This document shows positions 28,805 through 41,204 of a stretch of 61,936 nucleotides of DNA, in pieces. Both the position numbers and the translations under genes were made by a program. Source of the stretch: Bigelowiella natans CCMP2755 (Eukaryota; Protista; Cercozoa); assembly GCA_000320545.1 (NCBI GenBank), contig ADNK01000252.1, positions 1 through 61,936 on the forward strand, read 5' to 3'. Within the stretch, counting starts at the first letter, position 1. The number at the start of each line of letters is the position of its first letter. The notes beneath the pieces are model-generated. The model ran no database searches and was not told the origin of the DNA. It saw only the letters and a program-made list of their open reading frames with translations.

Positions 28805-29814
28805 TGAGCAGCCAAGCCAAAGGTGCGAGTATGACAATTGTTTGGGGCGGTGGAACACACGGCTGTTTAAAGGCTAAAAGAAAGGCTATTTTTGATGTGC
28901 GACAATCTAATATCCGATATTGTGCGACTACATCAACCACGTTCTTTCTTTTTGTATCACTCCTCTTCCGAACGTGTTGCTGTGCTGTCCGGTAGTTTTC
29001 AAAGCGATTGTTTTTTCGCTAACAGATTTATATGATTTTTGTTGTCGCAACAATGAAATGGAATGCTTCTTTGCACATTCTCATCACCCATCGCGTTGGT
29101 GTTCTCAACCGTCAGAACACATGGAAAAAAAGGTCGGCTCTGTCGACCCTTCCAACCGCATGTGATCGGACGCTCAAAATCATCACACGTTTCGAGAAGC
29201 GCGCGCACAATGAGACCATCCATGCCAGCATGGTACCTCGCAAGGGCATGCCAGCAGGGCGCATCTGTGGTGCGTGCACCAGCAGCACACGTGGGACAAA
29301 ATGCGGCCAGCCTGCAAGCAAGCTGATGGGATCGAGCTAGCGAGAACAATCAGTGACTGCGAATTGGCAGTGCAGTGGCACCGCAGTGTGTGTGTGTGTG
29401 TCGAATTGAAAGCCAGCAATGACTTCAATGGTGCCGCATTGCACACCACTGGAAGGCTGGAAGGATTGGATTTCACCATCACGCACTTCATGCAGATGAT
29501 CGAAATGCTGCACGTCTTGCATGACAGACATGTGATGCCATGTGCATTCTACATGTGACATTGCTGTGTCCATTGCAAGTCCATGATCGTGCAGAATGCC
29601 ACACTAATTATACATGCATGTCACAATGCACTGAGTTCATTGCCGTTGCTGCCGTGATCAAATTTGAATCCACCGTGCACGTTGGAACGAAACACAACAG
29701 CTCCACATCGTTGCTGTCAATCGAATCGTTTCTATGCAGGACAAATGAACAAAGTGTGTAAGGAAGATACATCGACAGAGTGTAGGCGTAAGAATAGAGA
29801 ATGGAGGGAGAATG

Positions 29815-30013
29815 TTAGGGAGAGAAAGAAAGAACAACAACATGGTCGAACAGGTGAAAGAGTACCGCAAAAATAAGGTCCAACCGTTCTGGATCGAGAG
29901 CGAGTTGAAACCCAACGAGATGATATCTGGGGGAAAATTATTTATGTAAGAGTATTATCAAATGCTTCAATTCAAGATTTTCAAACGAAAATATACGTAA
30001 GCTCATTCACACA

Positions 30014-30066
<53 letters not shown>

Positions 30067-30101
30067 TAAGACGCACTTGTTCTCAAAATTCCACGCTCTC
30101 T

Positions 30102-30133
<32 letters not shown>

Positions 30134-30322
30134 TTCTTCTTCTTCTTCTTTTTCTTATTTCCTCTATTTCATATTTATTTTACACGTAGATGGCAAAAGA
30201 CGCCTTCGACAAGAACCGGATCAAAACCGCTGCGTACCAACTCCTCACGTCGATCCTGCAAACATCAAATATTCAAACGTAAATGTATAGTGTATCTAAC
30301 GTTATAATATTATATATGCATA

Positions 30323-30365
<43 letters not shown>

Positions 30366-31249
30366 TATATATATATTTGTGTGTGTGTGAGTGAGTGTGA
30401 AATAAGGGAGAGACAAAAAGATAGTAAGGAAGATGGAAGAGGGAAATGAGTAGAAGGTAGGTACGTACTTAATGTAGCGGTAGGTCGCCATACAAGCCAT
30501 CAGTATCGCAAACGAACACAGCCCGCCGATAGTTACAGCCTTCAAGATTCGTTGAAAATAAGACAGTTAGTACATCATACGTGTGAGCTCCTCCGCATCC
30601 AGCGTTCGTGTGTTGAGTGTTTGTTTTGCGGTATATGTACACATATGATTTGAATTTAGGTAGAGTTTACATGCCGCACATCATTCGTGCCGTATCGAGG
30701 ATACTATCAACTACTACTACTACTACTACTACTACTCCGAGAAGCAGCAGCAGCAGGTCAGCCAACCTGGCTCGAATTCGTCCCATCATCAAGCAGCCTT
30801 TTTGCCGTATTTGCCCAGAACATTTGAATCTAAATTTAAAACCAGATATTACATGCAAGACGTATAATACCCCGAACACAGATTTCGTATTCCACAAACT
30901 GTGTCGATGACGATTTGGTAGTATTTTTCTCCCTTCACGATATGTGTCTTCTGTTGAGCGGGCTCTTTGTATTCTGTCCACCTCCCCCCCCCCCCCCCCC
31001 GCAGAAGCGAACAAAGCATCCCACCCACCAGCCATTCCAAAGCAAAGTGAGGCGGACCCATAACCAAGAAGGAGGGATCCGTACGGGCCGAACACTAATG
31101 ATTTGTGTGACAGCAGGTTAGTGATTATGGTGATGATAATGATGATGGTGATGAGGAGGAGGATGAGGATAGTCGTGGTGATGGTGATGGAATTGTGACG
31201 AATGATGGTAATTAATAATGGAGATGGGAATGGCCGTGGTCCTGAAGCC

Positions 31250-31282
<33 letters not shown>

Positions 31283-31766
31283 CCGCATCATCAGCACCAA
31301 CAGCACTAGCAGCAGCAGCAGCAGCAGCAGAAGAAGAAGAAGAAGAAGAAGAAGAAGAAGAAGAAGAAGCGCAGCATTCGTTCGTGGGGTGATAAACAAG
31401 GGCGGCGACGACCGAAGTGTGGGAGAAGTAACATCCCAAATACGGCAAGATGCTTCCAGATCCTTGTCCCCCCCCCTCCTAGCCATCTCGGAAGTCGTTC
31501 CTTTGCCATACCACCTTCCGTTTTGCCACCCTCTCTTCTATCGATATTTCGTAAATAGGGTGCTACAACTAGGACGACAAACGCGCGGATGATTGCAATC
31601 TAAGGCAAATTAGACAACACCATAACAATTTGCAGATAGGGCAAAGCCCAGCAGCGAAGAGTACGAGGTTGGGGGGGAGGAGAAGGAAAGTGGAAAGAAA
31701 AGTCAGAAGCGGAAGGCGCGTGCTTGTTTATCCAGGTTTCTTGAGGGCAATGATAGCGCACAGTCA

Positions 31767-31804
<38 letters not shown>

Positions 31805-33088
31805 CCGAGAGTAGCGTCTCTTGAGAGATGTGCTGCATCTTCAGAGCTGTTTCCATCACCAGAACAGCTGTCAGCAACCGCCGAAATCCTGCGAACAGCA
31901 TGTTGATGTCCAATGATAGGAGCAAAAAAATCTTGACAAGGGTTCTACTACTACTACTACTACTACTACTACTAATACTAATACTACTATAAGCCCTCTC
32001 CCCCCCAACTCTCTCTCCCTCCTCCTCCTCCTCCTCCTCTACGCCCATACATACCCGTGTTGAATGTGGAGACCCGCAAATTCGCCCCAGCCTGGTGTGC
32101 AGGCAGGTTTGTTGGAGAAGATGTATTAGACAATCAACGGATTGTCGTAAATTGGAGGATACTAGCTATCTTAAATCATCCATTTCCCCATGCAAATACA
32201 TTGTGCGGAAGAGAATCAAACGGAAACTATCTTCAAAAAAACAGCGCAGAGGACCAACAATCCTGCAATCGGAGGGGAAGCAAGCTACTCCTTACCAGGA
32301 AGTAGAACCCAGACACCCCTCCAACCTGTGACGGCACCGTCCACTCAACCTAAGCAGCAACATGAAAAGACTTGTGCAAATCATTCGCCAGACAAAACGT
32401 ATTCAGTAAAAACCAAGCACACACACACACACACGCACGCACACTATCAACCAAACTAATACTCTTTCCATTTCCCCCCCTCTCTTCTAGTCCCTCGATC
32501 TCTCATATCCAGTTATCAGTTGCAAACAAATGCGTTGCCTAATTATCTTACCGCATTTTCATAAGGCCCGAAAACTTTTGCAGCGTGATCCATTATCATC
32601 GCGATAACACCGTATGCCTTCAGCAAGTCATGGGAACTTACGCTCCTCCATTTCTCCGACATCCGAGCAGCGTCTTCACCGCGTGCACGTTTAGCTGTAG
32701 CCTTATTTTTCTTCTTTTTGTTGCTTCTTTCGCCGGCAGTCTTCTTCTTGTTGGTGCCCTCATCATCGTCATCTTCTGCTCCTTTCCTCTCCTCAGCGAC
32801 TCCCCACAGGATTCGACCAAAGTTAGGCAGTAAGAACCACTTGGCGAATGTTTTCTCCGAAGCATGAGACTTTGGCAAGACGATGGAGGGGGGAAGGATC
32901 AGGATTAAGAAGAGAACAGCGAAGACTACCGAACGATAGCGATTCCTGTGTGCAGTTGGTGGGAAGAGCGACGTATGAGGAAGAGGAGAGAGAAAAAGCG
33001 TTAAAAAAAGGGAAAAACCATCCCATATTCTTTCTTTGATGTTGCGAAGTGAATCATGGAAAGGATGGGATTCATCTTTCATTGGCAA
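29815..33088 (-). CDS. Polytopic membrane protein, acyltransferase-3 (OafA)/TraX-like clan (multi-exon)
   Basis: N-proximal motif DLLKAYGVIAMIMDH (TraX/AT3-type 'D.LK..A...M..DH'), several hydrophobic exons, and the spliced C-terminal motif FLSKASFAIYV|YHLVGF (AT3 'S..IYL.H'). Stop at 29815-29817. Start codon uncertain. Confidence 0.6.
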
Positions 33089-33091
33089 ATA

Positions 33092-33126
<35 letters not shown>

Positions 33127-33495
33127 CTACTTCTACTGGAAATTCTCCACTCCACTACCACTGCCACTACTTAGCTACCACTTCAAAGTTTGTATCAACT
33201 GAGGCGATGAGTAGCTTTCAATCGGGCCTGGATACCAATCTAAGAGGAATAGTAAACAATGATGGCAGGAGATATCAGCTATCCGATTAAGCAGCAGAAC
33301 ACCGACATAAACTCGAACATTATTCATAACGCTCTCAGCGGAAGGAAGAGGGGGGCGCGCGGGGGGAGATGGCTACAATCGCACAAATAGAAACAAAAGG
33401 CTGCTGCCTGCTACTGCTGCTGCATTGAAATACACATCTAAATACTTTTTGGCTTCTCCCCGCCTCCTCTTAAGATATAGGTGCCGAGATGTGAT

Positions 33496-34190
33496 TTAGA
33501 CACTTGGATCAGGCTGGTTGCAGATGTTGTATCCGTGGGACAGTAATGTGCGTTGAAACGGTGTCCGATGAAAGTGCCAATCCCTAATTTTTTGCCCGGG
33601 TCTATGTTGTAGCACCCTGAGGAGGGTTCTGTCCTTCCGTCCTTTATTTATTTGTTGTAAGCAATCCGTCAGAGAAGTTCTCAAGGTCCATTGATCTACA
33701 ATGAGCCTCATCGACGCAGATGTTGCTATGTGTACATGAGTGGGAAATATGCAAACGTAAATGCTGGTTGGGTGGGGGAAGGAAGTGTGTTTGCTTATTC
33801 CAGACCTTGAGCCAGCAAACTGATGCTTCGCAATGCCCTGAGTTTTCAATGACCTGTGCAGCAATTAAACTCTGAGCTTTGAAATGGTCGTTCACGGTTT
33901 TCAGATTGTCATGGGCAACAGAGGTCAGAAGGATGATTCGGTTTACAGCGGGGGATAAAATTTGCTTGCGCTCTGGCGAGGGGTTCCCGTCCTTTCATCG
34001 GCACAACTTCTCTTTCTTCTTCTTCTTCTTCTTCTTCTTCTTCTTCTTTCTCCTCCTCTCTTCCACTTACAATTTGTTGATCAACTGATACGCTAGTTTC
34101 AATAATGTACTGGTAGCCTTGTGCCAGGAGAAATGCTGCAACTAAGGCTAGAGGGAGGTGGATCGTTGAAGACATCGCTAGGGGGGACAT
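33496..34190 (-). CDS. Small hypothetical protein with N-terminal signal-peptide-like segment
   Basis: ATG 34190 MSPLAMSSTIHLPLALVAAFLLAQGYQYIIET, then GT-AG-separated open blocks (DGNPSPERKQIL...EASVCWLK; ...IRDWHFHRTPFQRTLLSHGYNICNQPDPSV*). Divergent from DDX41. Could instead be 5' exons of the AT3-like gene. Confidence 0.35.
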
Positions 34191-34706
34191 TTTCAGGTTC
34201 CGTCAAAACAGGCACGAAATACCCGAAGCTTTGAGTTGAAAAATTATGTGATATACTTGGCTGTAAAAATTAACCAAAATACAGTTTTGTGCAGTCGCTG
34301 CAACGCTCGAATCAAGTCTCGCTGATAATTCTAAATACAATCATCCTTAAAACATCCTACTTTTATGGCCTCGTTTGCCCCGAGTCTGGTCCCCAAGTTT
34401 CTTCTCCTCGGTGCCGTAATTCAGCGGGGATCAACGAGATTAAGTTGATGTTCTGTTATTTCGGGTTTACCGAAAATCGCGTTGAATGTGATAGTTTTCA
34501 GATAATTATAGTATATTTAAATGCTGTTTTTAATTATTTTCCACTAAAAATCGATCACAGTACGTCTTAAAAATCCATCCATCCTTAAGTTGCCTGAGGA
34601 GGGAGAGCTTCTAGCCGCAAGAAACCCCTGGAAGAGTTGAAAGATTTTTGATAGAGGGAACGATCGTCGTCTCTGATTCAAAAAGGGAAGATTAAACTAA
34701 ACATAG

Positions 34707-36584
<1,878 letters not shown>

Positions 36585-37024
36585 GAAAAACGTTCTTCTC
36601 ATCAATTTCCTGAATATGGGAGAACGTGCGCGATTAGTTTTGCTCTCACAGTGCTTGTGTAGTCTTTCGGCGCTATCGGAGCATCAAGCTGATATTATTT
36701 AGATATCCCGAGGATGATGAGTAGCACACGGGACATATTTAATAATTGTGTGTAAATGAGCAATGTCATCATGCAAAATATCATTTTGTAATCGTGTACG
36801 CGTGCAGTGCTGTGTCTTCTAGTCTAGTGGTCTCCACGTGCTCTGCTTCAGACTTTGCAGTCTGCAGTGCTGTGCGACCATCGATCGATCATGGTCATCA
36901 AAGCTAGAAAGCGTCGATCATCAGCGCTCTCATCGCGCACGATCATTGCAAACCTGCGCACCGCTGACAACATGTGTGCAAGCAATGCTGGAAAGCTGGA
37001 AATGCTTGCACGCCGGAAACAAGT

Positions 37025-37248
37025 GAGGCACTACATTTTGCACATTGCAAGTGTCTTGTCACACTTTGGAAATGTGGTTTTTCATCATTGTTCTCATTGA
37101 GGGCCGTCTGCCTAGCCTCACTTGAGATTTGATCGTGACGTACGTGACGAGACTGCAGACTGCAGTCGAGGCTTCGAAAATGGAACAATGAACAATGATG
37201 TGATTCCAAAATGTGACAAGACACTTGCAGTGAGCGAAACAGTGCCTC
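37025..37248. repeat. Imperfect inverted repeat, MITE-like hairpin
   Basis: 18-bp perfect arms tgcaagtgtcttgtcaca (37046-37063) and tgtgacaagacacttgca (37212-37229). Outer pair gaggcact/agtgcctc (37025-37032/37241-37248) and inner pair catcattgttc/gaacaatgatg. Confidence 0.75.
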
Positions 37249-37359
37249 GAACTAACTTCAGTGAGGACAATGGATTCATTGCGACAACACACGCCGCCAC
37301 GTCTAGCATAGACGCACCTATCTGAGCCGTCATGGTGTGTGATGTGTGATGTGTGTGGT

Positions 37360-37393
<34 letters not shown>

Positions 37394-38393
37394 CGTATGT
37401 GTCCATTCTAAATAATGATTTTAATGTTGGTTACTGATTCGAATGGAAAACTCGAGCTTTACGGAAGTTTTAGCAAAAATAACAAGGGGATTCTACACGC
37501 GCTAGTGCCCTAGTGTTTCACATCAGCAAGAACGCTAGTGTGACAGAAAAGAACTTAATGGGGTGCTTTGCCTGTGAAATCGACGAGGATACATCGGAAT
37601 AATAGGATAATGAGATAGACGAAGAGTTTTAGAGATTCACTCGATTATTGGAACCACCCCATCACCACACATTTCTCTGGCTATTTTCAGGGCAGTAGTG
37701 ATGCCGTACCAGCAAGCGTGTAGTACAGTTTGTGCATCTTCCTCCGTAAGACGTAGATTCAGATCCCTCTTGGCGTTGATGCCCAACAGCAGACATGGTT
37801 ATGTTACGCACACTGCCAACCAATGCACTAGTGAGATGAGGGGGCCACGCGCTGTGCACTAGACTCTGGTGCACTACCAAAAATAGTCGGTTGTTGTTGA
37901 AACGTCAACTCCGAGGATGCCTCCACGTATTCAAACGCACGAAGATTTTATTCTGCGACAATGATTTCCGCTCTCTTAAACTAGTAAATTCTACTAAACT
38001 AGTTAATAGATCTACTAATACTTCGATAACTTCAAAACGTTTCTCAGTAATATCAACTCGCATCAGGATAGGCAGATAATTTTGTGGAGGTCTGAAGCAC
38101 TCGAAAGTCATACGAGGGTACTGGATACGAAAGGGTGTGCGAATATGTGCGTGTGAATACCTGTGCGAATATTTAAGAACACAAATATGTGAACGTGAAG
38201 CAGAGTGTCTGTCTGTGTGGACGAATTTGTTCTCCCTATTCTTTCTCCACCTCCTGTACTTACAATAGCGATTTAGCACCTCCACAACGATTTATCTTCT
38301 CAAATCATCCTCTCTCGACAACTTTGGGATGTAATCCATTGACTACGCTATGTTAAAGTAAATATAGTGTGAGTGAGGATAGAATTTTAATTT

Positions 38394-38783
38394 ATGTTTG
38401 TTCGTGTGAACGTTGCATATCACCAGCTGTCCAAGTCTCTTGCTTATTACATATCAACAACCATGGGGATCTGGAACTTTGCCGGAAATATATTACCGGT
38501 CGTTGGTCAGCTCATCGCAGCTTTGCAGCTTTTCGTCGGGTTTATGATGATACCCTGCGGAATCTGTCGTCAGTGCCACATTATGTTATGTACAGATGAC
38601 TTTGGTGACGACGGCTTCGAGATGGTTATGAGCGGAATGATAAACATAATTTGCTCCATATTGGGCACAATTCCCATATTAGGCGGACTGATAATATACA
38701 TGGCCTTCGATTCAGATCAAGAAACTGACAAGTGTTGCTACACATTCTACTACATGAAAAAGTCTAATCATGTTTCGCCCTAA
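38394..38783 (+). CDS. Small hydrophobic hypothetical protein with two hydrophobic hairpin segments
   Basis: Microsatellite-free ORF with similar motifs NILPVVGQLIAALQLFVG and TIPILGGLIIYM. The real start may be MGIWNF or an upstream exon. Confidence 0.4.
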   Translation: MFVRVNVAYHQLSKSLAYYISTTMGIWNFAGNILPVVGQLIAALQLFVGFMMIPCGICRQCHIMLCTDDFGDDGFEMVMSGMINIICSILGTIPILGGLIIYMAFDSDQETDKCCYTFYYMKKSNHVSP

Positions 38784-38879
38784 TCTACTACTTTAAGAAG
38801 TTTGATCATGGGTTACATCTTGAAAGAATTTTCGTGATTAGCTAGCCAATCATAGAACATCTTCATCTAGCTAAAGTGC

Positions 38880-39062
38880 CCCCAGCAGCTTGTTCTGCTG
38901 AGTTTCTTCTGGTCCTGCTGAATTTCTGCTGGCGAAAATAAGAAACCTAAACCACTCTTCTGCGCTCACCTGCATCGGAGCTCTGCGAATTGCAGAATGC
39001 ACAGAGCGGCGCGCACGCATCGCCGTCAAGCGCTCAAGGCGCACCCCAGCAGCTTGTTCTGC
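38880..39062. repeat. 19-bp direct repeat with shared sub-repeats at the left edge of the TpA-depleted block
   Basis: ccccagcagcttgttctgc at 38880-38898 and 39044-39062, each followed by aatttctgct/tgctgaattt motifs. Confidence 0.8.
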
Positions 39063-39289
39063 CAAATTTCTGCTCCATGGCGAAGCCATTTCTGCTGAAT
39101 TTGCATTTCATTGCTTGTGTCCATTGTTTCTGCGGCGCGCTCTGCAAAGTGCTGTGCAATCAGTGTGGGCTCGCTGCTTGCTGCACCTCTTGCGTTTCGA
39201 TGCTGTTTGACCATTGATGTCATGCATGAAAACGTTCACATCGTCGCATGATGGACACGCAATGTGTCGTGCACGTGCTGCTATACTGC

Positions 39290-40044
39290 GGCAAGAAAAG
39301 CGATGAACAAGGTGTGTCACGAGAACAAGGTCTTGAAACCGCCGAAAATCCTGCAAGCAGGTCCAGAGGTGCTGGCATGTGGAGGCAGTGAGTTCAAAAA
39401 AGGATTGGATGGGCATTTGAAGCAAAAGAAAGGGACACACTCGAGAACAGCAGGCATTGCTAGGCATGGTCAACAGGCAAATGTGGAAGCACGAAGTGAG
39501 AGCATCGGCAGTTTGATTGTCAAAACTCAATCAGTGAAAGAATCAGAAAATGGAAAAATGACATGACAAGGTGAGCAAGCAGTGGTTGAAGTTGTTGCCT
39601 GACACATTGAAGAAGTTGAACGAGAATGCTGGGGTGAAGAAGTTGAAACAGACAGGAGAAGTTCCTTGCAAGGAGGATGGGGATTGTGATTTGTGCAAGG
39701 TCGGCAAAAAGGTGAGACACAAATTGGATCATCCTGTGAATTGTTTCAAAGGAGAGAAACAAATGGGCAATTTTGGAGAGGGCGACATGTGGCATTCGTT
39801 GAAACCGCACAAAGTTGAAAACACGTTGTTGTCACCAGACAGACCTGGAAGACACACTTCAGAAGGTGTTTTGGACAAAACTTTCAGCAAGAATCAACTG
39901 AAACCTGCTGAAAATGAAGTGGCAAAAAAAGTAATTGAGAAAAAAACACCGAAACCAAGAGAAAAGTGGACTGATGAACCTGTTGAAATACGGATCAGCA
40001 AGCGAAAAGGAAAGCAAGTTGACGGAGGATTTTTTGTGAGTTGA
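39290..40044 (+). mobile_element. Degenerate rve (DDE) integrase fragment of Polinton/Maverick/virophage type (pseudogene)
   Basis: Joining ORFs 39264-39566 and 39571-40044 gives LKPPKILQ..(D)GGSEFKK....LK.K....RTA...RH.QQANVEAR..SIGSLI.K.Q...E.ENGK-VSKQWLKLLPDTLKKLNE...L.KVGKKVR.KLD.PV.....NF.EGD...S...KVEN.LL.PDRP.R....G...KTFSKNQL. This fits the second-Asp/Glu core plus the 'KVG.KVR' C-terminal region of rve integrases. N-terminally truncated, with inserts and a frameshift. Recognised by motif memory, not by a search. Confidence 0.7.
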
Positions 40045-41028
40045 CAGCATCATCACGTGAAACTTTCCAGCTTTGCCAAAAATCCTTTTGCTTCGCTTTG
40101 CACACATGCCATCCGCATCGGCACATGCCAGCATGGCACTCGCATGTCGCCTCGCAACAGCACAGCACAGCACAGCGCAGCACAGCACACGACACGGCAC
40201 ATCGCTTCGCAACAGCACGGCACACGCCAGCATGGCACACAATGATGTCGCATGCTTCTTCACTTTTTTTTTTGCCCCCACTCAAATTGGTGCTTTGTTC
40301 ACCTCTTTCACTTTCCAAATTGCGAGGGGCACAAAGGGCATTTTCAAAACCAAACTTTTTGATGCACGTGTGATGCACGTGTGTGTCGTGTGCGTGAAAC
40401 TTTGCACAAGTGCAACCCCTGCGATGACCTCCAAAAAACACCGCCCCCATGAAACATGAGCACGATGATGCAATGTGACACAGCATGACACCACAGTCGC
40501 ATGATGCTGTCGCATCGCTTTGCGAGCAGGTGGGTTCTGCCCACATCGCAGATGCCTGGATGCCGCCATTGGCGGTTGCAACAATTTTGTCATCGTTGCT
40601 TGCACGTCACACACTCACGTGTCCACGGACGTGCTGCTCGCTGCTCACGCGGAAGGTGAGACGAAGAGAGGATCCCCACAGGTCCCTCCATCTCGGAACA
40701 TTGAACAACAAAAGTCGCATTTGTCTTCTTCGCTTCCCATGCGACCTGGGCACGGCACTCCACGTGCTGCCATCATGTCTTCTCAACCCGGTTGGAGGGA
40801 GGAGAACTTTGAAGAGGCTTTGACTGTCCTTCGGCACCGCAAACACAGCACATTTTGGCGATTTTTTAGCATTTTTCCCTGTCTTTTGCGTAAATATGAA
40901 GCGGTTTATCCCGATGAATACACGAATAACAAGACTGAAACTTACGAATCTACATCCGATTTGATCCGGACATCCGACATCTGTGTCCACATCCAGCTCC
41001 TTCGTTCCAAACCTCGACGATAATACCC

Positions 41029-41160
41029 ATGGCTTCCCCAGCGTACATTGTGAGTGCCAGCATTAGCATTTGATTTCCAAGCGGTTGAATGCGCCCTCTA
41101 ATTAAGGGTAGCATTGCGGGTCTGATGAAAAATGCTTCAATTCTCAGCTTTGTAGTTACA

Positions 41161-41204
<44 letters not shown>

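Noticed and set aside
37558-37620. MGCFACEIDEDTSE followed by TAA TAG as a hint of stop-codon reassignment
   Set aside because: Conserved genes here end at TAG (DDX41) and TAA (thiolase, AP1M1), and I saw no in-frame TAA/TAG in the conserved exons traced; the standard code fits.
38951-40865. Classical RIP or 5mC deamination as the cause of the TG/CA excess
   Set aside because: Those raise or preserve TpA and deplete CpA or CpG. Here TpA is nearly absent, CpA is abundant and CpG persists.
39859-41023. Stack of long overlapping ORFs (110-183 aa) on both strands
   Set aside because: Explained by loss of TAA/TAG in the TpA-depleted block; Cys/His/Ala-rich with no domain.
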